Source: Pseudomonadota bacterium
GTDB taxonomy: Bacteria > Pseudomonadota > Gammaproteobacteria > Magnimaribacterales > D2472
NCBI GenBank assembly: GCA_028404565.1
Contig: JAOOBR010000003.1
Location: 2,260 to 66,259, forward strand
Length of the DNA: 64,000 nucleotides
Direction of reading: 5' to 3'
Every line of letters begins with the position of its first letter. The first letter of the stretch is position 1. Made by a program: the position numbers and the translations under genes. Positions 1 through 10,210 of the stretch are shown piece after piece. The notes beneath the pieces are model-generated. The model saw only the letters and a program-made list of their open reading frames with translations, made no database searches and was not told where the DNA came from.

Positions 1-243
1 AATAAAGATTTAAGAGAAAGTATCAAAGATATTCCGATGGATAAGTTAATGATTGAAACAGATGCGCCTTATTTAATCCCTAGGAATTTGGAAATGAAGC
101 CTAAAAATAATAGAAATGAACCTCAGTTTCTTCCTCACATTGCAAATGAGGTTGCAGCCTTAATGAATATAGACCTAAAAGAATTCAATAAACAGGTATT
201 GAATAATAGTAAGTTGTTCTTTGGAGTTAACTTTAAAGATTAA
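1..243 (+). CDS. TatD-family metal-dependent hydrolase/DNase, C-terminal fragment (5' end lies outside the window)
   Basis: Frame 1 is open from the window edge. It contains the IETDAPYL motif and a C-terminal pattern typical of the TatD/YjjV family. Confidence 0.75.
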   Translation, partial: NKDLRESIKDIPMDKLMIETDAPYLIPRNLEMKPKNNRNEPQFLPHIANEVAALMNIDLKEFNKQVLNNSKLFFGVNFKD

Positions 244-1324
244 TATTATATTTTTCAGAAATTAAGATATTATCTTCACCAATTTTTTTTGGAGAGCTTT
301 TTATCTCAAGAGACGTTTCTGAGAATCTTGGGGATGGATTAGGTTGAACCACTCCATCACGCTCAATGAATGTTGATCTTGATTTGTTATGCGCATGTTT
401 TGGAGCCTCATCCAAATCAAGAATTGGAGTAATACAAGCATCGGAATTTTCAAAAATCATAGCCCATTCATCTCTATTTTTTGAGAGGAACTTTTCTTCA
501 AGTATGGATTTAAGCTCTGGCCAAATATCTTTACTGAATTGCTTTGAGAATCTTTCATCTGTGATCTCCAATTTATTTAACATCTCTTTATAAAACTTTT
601 CTTCTATACAGGCTACTGCTAAATATTTCCCATCTTTACATACGTAAGTATCATAGAAATGAGCTGAGCCATCGAGAAGGTTAGACTCTCTTTCATTGAC
701 CCACATTCCTGAACCATAAAAAGAATAGAATAAGCTCATAAGCATAGAAGTGCCATCAATCATTGCTGCATCTACTACTTGCCCTTTTCCAGTTTTTTGC
801 GAATGTATTAAAGCTGAAAGCATGCCTACTGCCAATAGCATTCCCCCTCCGCCATAATCAGCAATAAGGTTCAAGGGAACTGGAGGTCGCTCATCTTTTC
901 TTCCAATGGCATTTAATGCTCCTGTGATACTCAAGTAATTTAAATCATGTCCGGCCATATCAGAAAACAAGCCCTCTTGACCCCATCCAGTCATTCTTCC
1001 GTAGACTAGCTTTTCGTTGATACTTAATAAATCATCGGGGCCAAGACCTAATTTTTCCATTACTCCTGGTCTAAATCCTTCAAATACTGCATCTACCTGA
1101 GCAATTAATTTTTTCAATTCATTTATTGATTCATCATTTTTTAAATCTAATGTGATTGAAAACTTTGATCTATCATTTAAATCATACTTTGATCCATTTC
1201 CTTTTGACTCAGGGCGGCTTATTTTGATAACCTCAGCACCAAGATCTGCCAACAGCATGCCACAAAATGGACCGGGCCCAATTCCAGCAAACTCTAAGAT
1301 CTTAATTCCTTTTAGTGGTCCCAT
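233..1324 (-). CDS. Family III CoA-transferase (CaiB/BaiF), alpha-methylacyl-CoA racemase-like
   Basis: The N-terminus MGPLKGIKILEFAGIGPGPFCGMLLADLGAEV closely resembles racemase/CaiB N-termini. GHDLNYL and IADYGGGG segments sit where the catalytic His and Asp are expected. Confidence 0.8.
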   Translation of the reverse strand: MGPLKGIKILEFAGIGPGPFCGMLLADLGAEVIKISRPESKGNGSKYDLNDRSKFSITLDLKNDESINELKKLIAQVDAVFEGFRPGVMEKLGLGPDDLLSINEKLVYGRMTGWGQEGLFSDMAGHDLNYLSITGALNAIGRKDERPPVPLNLIADYGGGGMLLAVGMLSALIHSQKTGKGQVVDAAMIDGTSMLMSLFYSFYGSGMWVNERESNLLDGSAHFYDTYVCKDGKYLAVACIEEKFYKEMLNKLEITDERFSKQFSKDIWPELKSILEEKFLSKNRDEWAMIFENSDACITPILDLDEAPKHAHNKSRSTFIERDGVVQPNPSPRFSETSLEIKSSPKKIGEDNILISEKYNINL

Positions 1325-1333
1325 ACAATAATC

Positions 1334-3775
1334 CTATTCAAAAGCCCTCACTTTTTCCAATAAAATTGGTAATAAAGTTAATGATACTAAAAATGCAAAA
1401 AACATTGCTAGTGCTGTAAAAATACCAAAGTAAATTGTAGGAATAAAATTGGAAAAGGAAAATATTAGAAATCCAAGAGATATTGTAGACGCAGTATAAA
1501 AAATTGCCCTTCCTATAGTTGAATGAGATCCAATCATAGCCTCATTGAAATCATTGTTTAGTTCATATTCAGATTTAAATTTATAGAGATAGTGGATTGT
1601 ATTATCAACTGCAATTCCAACGCTGATTGAAGCAACTGTAATAGTCATAATATCAAGCGGTATCTTAAGCAGGCCCATTGTTCCTAGAACTCCTAGACCA
1701 ATTAAAATATTCGGCAATAATCCAGCAAGCATGATCTTTACTGATCTAAAAAGAATTAATAACATTAATGCAATTACGGTATAAACAATAATTATTGAGT
1801 TAAGCATCGAGCTAAATAAAGATTGCAGCATGTTGTTGTAAAGGACTGCTAAACCTGTAATTTTATATTTATCACTTGATATTCCAAATCTTTGCTGTAG
1901 ATCTGAGTTAATTTTTTTCAACAAATGGTCTCTATTTAAAGATTCAGAGCTCTCATAGACTCTGGTAGAAATCCTCACAATGGAATCATCATTAGAAATA
2001 TAAGAATTTAAAACAGTATCTTTTATATCCTCTGGCAAGACTGATCTTAATAATGCAAGTTCAAGATCATTTAATTCATTATTATCATTTATCTTGCGAG
2101 CAAGTTTTATACCACTCGATACACTCAAAACCTTCCCAATATTTTCATTATCATCAAGATAGTCATGAATTTCTTCAAGTCTCTTTAAATTATATATATT
2201 CCACCAATAACCCGAGGACTCACTATTGTCATCTTCAAATATATCCTCATCGAAAAGATCATCAAATTCATCACTAATCTCATCGTCATTTGCAAGATAA
2301 TTATCAGGCTCATAAATAACAATATCTAGAGTTGCGGTTCCACCAAGCTTTTCATCAAGTTCTGACATGCCTTGATATATTTCTGTATTTTTTTTGAAAT
2401 AATCTATGAATTTATTTTCTACTTTTAGATTATTCATGCCAATAATAAATAACAAGCCTAAAAATATTGATAATGAAAGGATTATTGCCTTATTGGTAAT
2501 AATTTTCTTACCTATTTTTATTGGAAGCCTGCCGACCTTTGATGATGCTCGTAATGAGCCAAAGCTCAGGTTGTGAAATGCTAAAGGAACAAATGTGAAT
2601 GTAAATATGAATACAACAATAATTCCAACAGTCATCATTTTCCCAAACTCTAAAACCGGTTTTATATCACCAGAAATAAGTGACAGGAATGCTACTCCAG
2701 TTGTAAGAACTGCAAAAAAACAAGGTATAAACATTTGGCTGAATGTCTCAATAACTAAGCGTTCGTCAAGATCTTCTTTTTTTAGCTCAACAAATCTTTC
2801 TATAACGTGAACACTTATAGAAATAGTTAAAATCAAAAGCAAAGCAATAAAGTTTGATGAAACAACACTTATTTTCCAATCTGCATATCCTAAAATAGAA
2901 CTTGTTGCATAAATAACTAAAGCTGCATTTATTAAGGGTATTAATGCAAGCTTGATGTCTCTAAAGAAAAAATATAGTAAAAATCCAAAAATTAAAAAGA
3001 CTAATAAACCAAAAATAGAAAGATCAGACTTAATAAAGTCAATCATATCGTTAGCAATCATTGCTGGACCGCCCAAGAAAAGTACACCAAAATCTCTGTT
3101 GTTATTTATTACAGATCTTATTTCTGCAACAATCCTTTTTTCTTTTTCTTGAATTAATGAATTTTGTTCATTAATTTTACGATTAACTTCAAGTAAAATG
3201 CTTGGCTTGTTTGAGTTAAGCAAATCATATCTCTGCTGAATTAGACTCTCATAACTTTCATTCTTATCAAGTAAGATTTGAAAAGCTGTTGTTGAACCAT
3301 CCCTGCTTAAAATTAATTCTTGATAAATAGGGTTACTTAATATTTCCTGTTTTGCTTTTTGTAGATCAATACTTTCATCCAGTAAATATTTTATATTGTC
3401 ACCTATCTCCGAAAGAGAGACTTTTGGTTGTTCAACTATTGGTGCATCAAGAATCGATAAAACTTGACTTACTCCATCTATTTCAAGAATCGCATTCTCG
3501 ATCTTTTCAATTCTTTGGAGTGATTTGTTGGTAAAAATATCCTCATTAGGACGCATAGTAACAATAAGAAAATCAGAATCAGAAAATAAGTTACCCATTT
3601 CTCTATATGTCTTAAGGTCTGGGTCATTTTCTAGCACAAGTGAGTCAGAAGATGCATCGAGCTGGAAGTTAGAAATACCTGGATACAAGCCTATTAAAAA
3701 TATAAAAAGTATGGAAAAGCTAATCAAAGAATTTTTTAGAATAATGCCAATATATTTTTCAACACCAACTTTCAT
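1334..3775 (-). CDS. RND-superfamily / MMPL-type exporter (HpnN-like predicted lipid exporter)
   Basis: The 813-aa protein has two blocks of about 6 TM helices, each preceded by a large soluble loop. This is the usual MMPL/RND layout. Its start codon overlaps the bolA-family stop by 1 nt. Confidence 0.75.
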   Translation of the reverse strand: MKVGVEKYIGIILKNSLISFSILFIFLIGLYPGISNFQLDASSDSLVLENDPDLKTYREMGNLFSDSDFLIVTMRPNEDIFTNKSLQRIEKIENAILEIDGVSQVLSILDAPIVEQPKVSLSEIGDNIKYLLDESIDLQKAKQEILSNPIYQELILSRDGSTTAFQILLDKNESYESLIQQRYDLLNSNKPSILLEVNRKINEQNSLIQEKEKRIVAEIRSVINNNRDFGVLFLGGPAMIANDMIDFIKSDLSIFGLLVFLIFGFLLYFFFRDIKLALIPLINAALVIYATSSILGYADWKISVVSSNFIALLLILTISISVHVIERFVELKKEDLDERLVIETFSQMFIPCFFAVLTTGVAFLSLISGDIKPVLEFGKMMTVGIIVVFIFTFTFVPLAFHNLSFGSLRASSKVGRLPIKIGKKIITNKAIILSLSIFLGLLFIIGMNNLKVENKFIDYFKKNTEIYQGMSELDEKLGGTATLDIVIYEPDNYLANDDEISDEFDDLFDEDIFEDDNSESSGYWWNIYNLKRLEEIHDYLDDNENIGKVLSVSSGIKLARKINDNNELNDLELALLRSVLPEDIKDTVLNSYISNDDSIVRISTRVYESSESLNRDHLLKKINSDLQQRFGISSDKYKITGLAVLYNNMLQSLFSSMLNSIIIVYTVIALMLLILFRSVKIMLAGLLPNILIGLGVLGTMGLLKIPLDIMTITVASISVGIAVDNTIHYLYKFKSEYELNNDFNEAMIGSHSTIGRAIFYTASTISLGFLIFSFSNFIPTIYFGIFTALAMFFAFLVSLTLLPILLEKVRAFE

Positions 3776-4071
3776 TAATTTTCACAATCTGGAGTGTCTC
3801 TTAAGGACGAGTTTTCTTTAAATTCTGAAGTTGTTATGGCTGTGATCGAAAATGCATGAATCTCAGTTAACAAACTTTCAATGGCTTTATAAACTATCTT
3901 ATGTCTTTGAACTTGAGATAAGTCCTGAAAATCATCAGATACAATCTGAACATTAAAGTGTGATTCGCTATTTGGTGGCACATTGTGCTTATTGCTATCA
4001 TTTCTAATAATTAATTTAGAAACATTCAAGTTATCTCTTAACAATTTATCTATTTTGTTTTGAACGATCAT
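3775..4071 (-). CDS. BolA-family protein (BolA/IbaG-like)
   Basis: 98 aa containing ESHFNVQIVSDDFQDLSQVQRHKIVYKAI, which matches the BolA signature region. Confidence 0.8.
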   Translation of the reverse strand: MIVQNKIDKLLRDNLNVSKLIIRNDSNKHNVPPNSESHFNVQIVSDDFQDLSQVQRHKIVYKAIESLLTEIHAFSITAITTSEFKENSSLRDTPDCEN

Positions 4072-4117
4072 AATATATGTGTATATTTTAATTAAAAATA
4101 AAAGATAATGTTGTTTT

Positions 4118-5032
4118 ATGAAAATTTGTTGGTTTAAAGATTCAAAAATTGGTCATGAAAAGCAAGTTCATGCAATATTAGATAATTTGGCTTTAACTCA
4201 AGATCTTCTTATTGAGGAGATATATATAAGTAATCCAGTCTGGTTAGAGCTTTTTTTATACTTGCTAAAAATTAAACCAAAACAAGATTCAGTCCCAGAC
4301 ATCATTATTGGCGCTGGCTCAAAAACTACAATTCCTATGCTGCGACACAAAATTCACAGCAAAACAAAAGTTATATCTGTTATGAGGCCTCAATTTTTTG
4401 AATCTAAATTTGATCTAATTGTTGCTCCAAGGCATGACTATAAAGTGGTGCCTAATAATGTTTTTACATACATTGGATCAATTGCTAAGGTTAATATAAA
4501 TCCAGAGCTAGAAGACATCGGCTTAATTGTTGTTGGAGGATTAAATAAACATTTTAATTTTGATGATGATTATCTAATTTCTCAAATTGATTTTGTAATT
4601 TCATTATTTCCAAATACTAAATGGATAGTTTTTAATTCAAGAAGAACCCCAAAAAGCTTCAATAAGAGAATTAAAAAAAGTACTTCAATTGAAAAATTTA
4701 TAGATGTAACTTCGAATTTTGAGCCCCTTAATGATTATTTACCAAAAGCAAAATTTAAATTTGTTACTCCTGATTCAGTAAATATGATATTTGAGTCATT
4801 ATCCTCAAGCGGTGAAACTTATCTTTTTGATATGCATTCTCCTAGAGAGAATAAGATAACCAAACTAATAGATGAAGTTAAAAATAATAAATATGTAGGT
4901 TTCCTTGAAGAGAAATATATAGAAAATAGTAAAATAAAAACAATATCCTTAAACAAACCTAATACACTGCATGATACATTTAGAGAAGTAGAAAAGGTTG
5001 TATATGAAATAGAAAAGAGATTTAAAAAATGA
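4118..5032 (+). CDS. ELM1/DUF1022-family protein (putative glycosyltransferase-like)
   Basis: The N-terminus KICWFKDSKIGHEKQ, then IIIGAGSKT and DLIVAPRHD, resemble bacterial ELM1-like proteins. Its stop overlaps the next glycosyltransferase start (ATGA). Confidence 0.55.
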   Translation: MKICWFKDSKIGHEKQVHAILDNLALTQDLLIEEIYISNPVWLELFLYLLKIKPKQDSVPDIIIGAGSKTTIPMLRHKIHSKTKVISVMRPQFFESKFDLIVAPRHDYKVVPNNVFTYIGSIAKVNINPELEDIGLIVVGGLNKHFNFDDDYLISQIDFVISLFPNTKWIVFNSRRTPKSFNKRIKKSTSIEKFIDVTSNFEPLNDYLPKAKFKFVTPDSVNMIFESLSSSGETYLFDMHSPRENKITKLIDEVKNNKYVGFLEEKYIENSKIKTISLNKPNTLHDTFREVEKVVYEIEKRFKK

Positions 5033-6018
5033 GAATATGCCATTTTCTTTTAAGTGATACTTATGCTGGTATCGAGCAATATGTTGATGAAATCTCAAAT
5101 GAACAATCTCATAATCATCAGGTAATAGTAATTACAAACAAATCTATTCTTAAGAAATTCAATAACAATGTATCTAAAATTCGCTTTAGCTCGCTTGGAA
5201 GAAATTCCCCTCTCGGACTTTTACGCTTATTTTTTCTAATAAAAGAAATTTCACCAGATATTATTCATACTCATGCTGCTAAGCCAACTTATATGATTAA
5301 TAAAATAAAAAGTTTCTTCAATGCAAAACATGTTGCAACTATTCATGGTGTAAAAAAGAATCTTGATGAATTTGAAAAAGCTGACTTTATAACCGTGGGA
5401 AATGCAACATATCTAGATAGGTTAAAAAATAAAAATAAATTAGTTATAAGTAACTGGGCGCTTGATCCGATCAGTTATGATTCAAGATCTCGAAAGGAGT
5501 ATTTCTTAGCAATAGGAAGATTGGTAAAAGAAAAAGGTTTTGATATTTTAATCGATGCTTGGAAAGATATAGATGAAAAACTAATAATTTTAGGAAGTGG
5601 GAGACTAAAAAAGAATCTTTTAAAACAAATTAAGGATACCTCTCAAGAAAGTAAGATTTTCATTGAAAAAAGTGTTTCAAAAAATGAGATTGATGAGTTT
5701 TATTCAAGAGCAAAAATGTTGATAATCTCTTCTAGAAGAGAAGGCGGACCAAGAGTTGCCTTAGAGGCATTATTAAGAGGAATCAAAGTAATTTCTACCA
5801 AAGTTGGGCACATGCCTGATATTCTTGATGGAAGGTATTTATGCCATCCAAACTCTGTTGATGACCTTGGCGAGCTTTTAAGGAATTCAATAAATCAGAT
5901 CTCAACCATTGACCAAAGTTCTGCTTTTGAAAAAGTAAGGGCTGATTTTACATTTACAAAAGCAAATAATAGTCTCCTTAGTATTTATACTAATTTATTA
6001 GATTCTGATATAGGTTAA
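5029..6018 (+). CDS. Glycosyltransferase family 4 (GT-B fold)
   Basis: The C-terminal SSRREGGPRVALEALLRG matches the E-x7-E region of GT4 enzymes, and the N-terminus resembles a GT4 N-domain. Confidence 0.7.
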   Translation: MRICHFLLSDTYAGIEQYVDEISNEQSHNHQVIVITNKSILKKFNNNVSKIRFSSLGRNSPLGLLRLFFLIKEISPDIIHTHAAKPTYMINKIKSFFNAKHVATIHGVKKNLDEFEKADFITVGNATYLDRLKNKNKLVISNWALDPISYDSRSRKEYFLAIGRLVKEKGFDILIDAWKDIDEKLIILGSGRLKKNLLKQIKDTSQESKIFIEKSVSKNEIDEFYSRAKMLIISSRREGGPRVALEALLRGIKVISTKVGHMPDILDGRYLCHPNSVDDLGELLRNSINQISTIDQSSAFEKVRADFTFTKANNSLLSIYTNLLDSDIG

Positions 6019-7066
6019 TCGTAGAATTTGTCATTCTGTTGGCCGTAAAAATATTTTCTTTTGGTTCAGAATTAGATATAGCCACTTTTTTGGTAGTGTT
6101 TAAGAGCTCATTAATATCATTAAGTTTTACAAGCCCTTGAGGGAATAATTCTGACAATATTTCTGAAGCTCCTCCATGATTCCATCCTATCACTCTAGCT
6201 CCACATGCAATGGCTTCAATCATAGTCCTTCCAAAAGGCTCTGGAGTTTGTGATAAGTTAAAAACTATATCTGATATTTTGTAAATATTAGCAATGTCTC
6301 TTCTAGAGCCAGTGAAAGTAATCTTATTTTCTAAATCTAATGATGAAACTTTATTTTTTAGTTTATTGAGATACTTTTTTTTAGATTTTGCAGTTGGCCC
6401 AACAATAAGCCCATGATAATTGTCATCAAGCATTGATAATAATTCAATAAATTCTGCTACACCCTTCCATTTTGTAATCCTTCCAGGAATTGTTAGTACT
6501 GTTTTTCCAACAATTTGTGGGAACTCATTAATTATCTCAGCTTTATCATCAGGATTAATTTCATCATTGTTGAACTCAACTGGATCACATCCCCTAGGGA
6601 TAACTGTTATATTATTCTTATCTATTTTGTAATTTTCAAGAATATAGCTCTCAACAGTCTTAGATATTGCAATAGAGTGATCTACAAACGACATAACTTT
6701 GGAATAAATTGGAAAACTGTAAAGACCATGAAAAGTTGATACAAGAAGAGGTTTTTTTTGAAGCATTTTAAAAGCTCTATAATTAACCCAAGCTGGCATT
6801 CTCGATCTAACATGAACAATATCTGGATCTATAGAGGATATGGTTTCAGATAAACTTTTTGCAAGAGATAAGGTCCTCAAGCTTTTAATATGAACTGGAA
6901 TTTCGTAATGTTTTGCTCCCAATTGCTCGAGTTCATCAACTAAAATTCCTCCTCCAGAAATTACGAAGGATTCATGACCTTTATGAATTAGTGCTTTTGA
7001 TAGATCTAGTGTTCCTCTTTCAACTCCACCTATGTTTAGCTGAGGAAGGATTTGCAAAACTTTCAT
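5990..7066 (-). CDS. Glycosyltransferase family 4 (GT-B fold)
   Basis: Contains an N-terminal GGVERGT motif and C-terminal EPFGRTMIEAIACG (E-x7-E). The start codon shares 1 nt with the stop of the upstream ABC permease. Confidence 0.75.
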   Translation of the reverse strand: MKVLQILPQLNIGGVERGTLDLSKALIHKGHESFVISGGGILVDELEQLGAKHYEIPVHIKSLRTLSLAKSLSETISSIDPDIVHVRSRMPAWVNYRAFKMLQKKPLLVSTFHGLYSFPIYSKVMSFVDHSIAISKTVESYILENYKIDKNNITVIPRGCDPVEFNNDEINPDDKAEIINEFPQIVGKTVLTIPGRITKWKGVAEFIELLSMLDDNYHGLIVGPTAKSKKKYLNKLKNKVSSLDLENKITFTGSRRDIANIYKISDIVFNLSQTPEPFGRTMIEAIACGARVIGWNHGGASEILSELFPQGLVKLNDINELLNTTKKVAISNSEPKENIFTANRMTNSTINLYQNLIN

Positions 7067-8289
7067 TATTCATATCTTAAGGATACTGCTGGATCAAGTC
7101 TAGCTGCTCTTCTTGCAGGCCATATACCAAAAAATAGTCCAACTAGAGCTGAAAAGCTTAATGATCCAATGATTGCATAGATTGGAATGGAGAATGGAAA
7201 GTCGGTATCAAAAAATGATGCTCCAACTGTAAATCCATAAACAATTAGAACACCCAGAAGGATTCCCAATATTCCTCCTAATATACAGAGAACAATTGCT
7301 TCAATAATAAATTGCATCATAATTACTGAATTAGTAGCTCCTAGCGCTTTGCGTAATCCTATCTCCTTAGTTCTTTCAGTAACCGAAACAAGCATTATAT
7401 TCATCACCCCTATTCCTCCAACAAGCAAACTAATAGATGCGATTCCTGTTAATAATGCTGTAAATATGGCTGTTGCTTGTCTTTGTAAATCAGCATATTG
7501 ACTCCAATCATTAATCCTGAAATCGTTTTGTTGTCCTGGACCTATATCATGTGCAACTCTCAATATTTGCTCAATGTATAGCATGGACTCCTCCACACTT
7601 GAATCATTTGGTATTTTTACGTTTATTGAACGAAGATTTCTGGTACCAAATATTCTTGTGCTAGCAGTCATGATTGGTACGTAAACCTCATTATCAGGAG
7701 ACTCCCAACCTCTAGAACCCTCTTTTTTTAAAATACCTATAACCCTATAAGGAACACCGTTTATTAAGAGTTCGTTATTGAGGAGCGCTCTTGAGGATGT
7801 TTTTAATTCTTTTGGAATATCTGCTCCAATGACAGCAACCCTTCTTCTTGATAAATCTTCTTCCTCTGAAAAGAATCTGCCTTCATCAATCTCATAACCT
7901 CTTGCTGAATCATGATTAGACCAATAACCACCAATTTGGGCACTGTAATTCTCATTTCCAAATTGAATTTGTCTGCGATCTTTCATTTCTGGTGCTATCT
8001 CCCAAGCAAACTCAGTAAATCTTCTCAATGATTCTGCGTCTTTGATCTCCAAAGGTGAATATGATCCTTTAACACCTCCACGTCTAGTTTGCCCAGGATA
8101 TACACTAAGAATCCTTCCACCTAATGCATCAATTTCATCTTCAAGAGCTTGTTGAGCTCCCGCACCGATGCTAAGCATAGCGATAACAGAAGCAATGCCT
8201 ATTATGATTGCAAGTGCTGTTAAAAAAGATCTAGTTGCATTTGATTTTATTGAATCGAGAGCAGTCTTGATTGATTCTGAGAATAACAA
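7066..8289 (-). CDS. ABC transporter permease, MacB/FtsX family
   Basis: 407 aa with an N-terminal TM helix, a large periplasmic domain, and three C-terminal TM helices carrying the FtsX-type ERTKEIGLRKALGA motif. Confidence 0.85.
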   Translation of the reverse strand: MLFSESIKTALDSIKSNATRSFLTALAIIIGIASVIAMLSIGAGAQQALEDEIDALGGRILSVYPGQTRRGGVKGSYSPLEIKDAESLRRFTEFAWEIAPEMKDRRQIQFGNENYSAQIGGYWSNHDSARGYEIDEGRFFSEEEDLSRRRVAVIGADIPKELKTSSRALLNNELLINGVPYRVIGILKKEGSRGWESPDNEVYVPIMTASTRIFGTRNLRSINVKIPNDSSVEESMLYIEQILRVAHDIGPGQQNDFRINDWSQYADLQRQATAIFTALLTGIASISLLVGGIGVMNIMLVSVTERTKEIGLRKALGATNSVIMMQFIIEAIVLCILGGILGILLGVLIVYGFTVGASFFDTDFPFSIPIYAIIGSLSFSALVGLFFGIWPARRAARLDPAVSLRYE

Positions 8290-8298
8290 ATTTACACC

Positions 8299-9480
8299 TT
8301 AACCAAAGCTATTTTTAACTCTTTCCTTAAATCTATTTTGATAATCAACTAAGCCCTTACTAGGTAAAACAAACACTTGGTCTCCATTATTAAGACCTTT
8401 TTTGATTTCGACATTAGCTAAATCAGAAAGACCAATCTCAACCCAAGAGAGAGTTGGACCATTTGAGGAATTTTTAAAAACTATAAATTTTGTAAAGTTT
8501 TCACCATCAACTTTCTTTTCAAGAAAATTATCAACTGTGGCTTTACTGATTCCTAATATTTCTGCAGCAGAATATGCATCATCTCGTGTTCTTAAAGCCC
8601 CAGTTGGTGCACTTACTGCAACTTCAGCATCTATAACTTGAATCACAACATCCGTATTCATACCAAGTAGGAGAAGATTATCTTTATTCTCAATATCTAT
8701 TAGTACTGGGAAAATTGTCACACCCTGCTGCACTATTGCAAGAGGTTCAATCTTTGAAACTTTACCAGAAAATATTTCTTCTCTAAAAGCGCTTACTCTG
8801 ATGGATACTTCTTGCCCTACTGTTACTTTTCCAATATCAATTTCATCAACAAAAGCCCTGATTCTTACTTTTGATAGGTCAGCCATTCTCATTAAGACTG
8901 TTCCACCTCCAACTGCAGAAGTTGGTGAAGAAATTACTTGGCCAACCTCAACAGGTCTTGAAATAATGGTTGCATTAAGTGGCGACTTAACCAATGTATC
9001 ATCTAAGGCAATTTTTGCATTTTCTACATTAACTATAGATCTGACGTGTTGAGACTTTGCAGATGCAAAGCCCTCCTGAATTTCTTCAAAGTTCTTATCA
9101 GCTATGCTTCCCTCAGCATGCAAAGCCTGTCCTCTAACTAACTGCGATTCAGCATTTTCTAATCTGACTTCAGCTAGTTTTAGATCTGCTTCAGCTTGGT
9201 CTAGAACATTTTTTGGTGTCCTTTGATCAATCCTCGCAAGTATTGTTCCTTTTTTTACAAAATCTCCAACTTCAGCAGGTAGGTCTAAAATTTCTCCAGA
9301 TGCTTTAGATTTTATTTCTACAGAATAGATTGCTTCAATTTCACCTGATGCCTCAATGGTTAAATCTAATTGTTTAGGCTCAACATCTTTCTTTTGATAG
9401 TAAGAATATGATTGAGACTCATTTGATCCACCGCCACAACTAATTAAAATTAAAATAGGTATTAAATACAAATATCTCAT
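8299..9480 (-). CDS. Periplasmic adaptor (membrane fusion protein, HlyD/MacA family), lipoprotein
   Basis: Has a lipobox (LILISCGG), coiled-coil hairpin segments, and barrel-sandwich/beta-barrel pattern. It lies between the ABC ATPase and the permease. Confidence 0.85.
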   Translation of the reverse strand: MRYLYLIPILILISCGGGSNESQSYSYYQKKDVEPKQLDLTIEASGEIEAIYSVEIKSKASGEILDLPAEVGDFVKKGTILARIDQRTPKNVLDQAEADLKLAEVRLENAESQLVRGQALHAEGSIADKNFEEIQEGFASAKSQHVRSIVNVENAKIALDDTLVKSPLNATIISRPVEVGQVISSPTSAVGGGTVLMRMADLSKVRIRAFVDEIDIGKVTVGQEVSIRVSAFREEIFSGKVSKIEPLAIVQQGVTIFPVLIDIENKDNLLLLGMNTDVVIQVIDAEVAVSAPTGALRTRDDAYSAAEILGISKATVDNFLEKKVDGENFTKFIVFKNSSNGPTLSWVEIGLSDLANVEIKKGLNNGDQVFVLPSKGLVDYQNRFKERVKNSFG

Positions 9481-10172
9481 TAAACTCTCCTCTCATCAGA
9501 TTCAATCAATCCATCTTTTACTGTTATTATCCTGTCAGTTTGATCAGCAATATCATTTTCATGGGTTATAACTATTATTGTTTGTCCATTCCTATGCAAC
9601 TCTTTAAAAAGGTTCATAATCTCCTCACCTGTTTTGGTATCAAGATTACCAGTTGGCTCATCTGCAAATACAATACTTGGATTATTTACAAGCGCCCTTG
9701 CAATAGCAACTCTTTGCTGTTGGCCGCCAGACAACTCATTTGGCTTATGACTTACTCTATCCTCAAGACCAACTTTATCCAATACGCTTTTAGCTTTTTT
9801 TAACGCTTCTTTTTTATCAAATCCTGCGTATGTGAGAGGCAGCATTACATTGTTAAGTGCGGTATTTCTAGATAAAAGGTGAAAAGATTGAAACACAAAA
9901 CCAATCTTTTTATTTCTTATTGCTGCTAATTCATTATCATCAAGAAGACTTACCTCATTATCATCTAGATGATATTCTCCTGAAGTTGGTGTATCAAGAC
10001 ATCCTATAATATTCATTAAAGTTGTTTTTCCAGATCCGGAAGGACCCATAATTGAAATAAACTCACCTGCATTTACATCAAAACTAATGTCTTTAATTGC
10101 ATTAACTGTTTCACTTCCAATTTGAAACTGTTTTTTAAGATTTTTTACTTTTATCAAGCTCATAGGTGTCAA
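9480..10172 (-). CDS. ABC transporter ATP-binding protein (MacB/LolD-type)
   Basis: Walker A GPSGSGKTT, ABC signature LSGGQQQR, Walker B IVFADEPT. Confidence 0.9.
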   Translation of the reverse strand: MTPMSLIKVKNLKKQFQIGSETVNAIKDISFDVNAGEFISIMGPSGSGKTTLMNIIGCLDTPTSGEYHLDDNEVSLLDDNELAAIRNKKIGFVFQSFHLLSRNTALNNVMLPLTYAGFDKKEALKKAKSVLDKVGLEDRVSHKPNELSGGQQQRVAIARALVNNPSIVFADEPTGNLDTKTGEEIMNLFKELHRNGQTIIVITHENDIADQTDRIITVKDGLIESDERRV

Positions 10173-10210
10173 GTTTACTTTACATACAAGAAATGATCAA
10201 ACTTTGTGTT

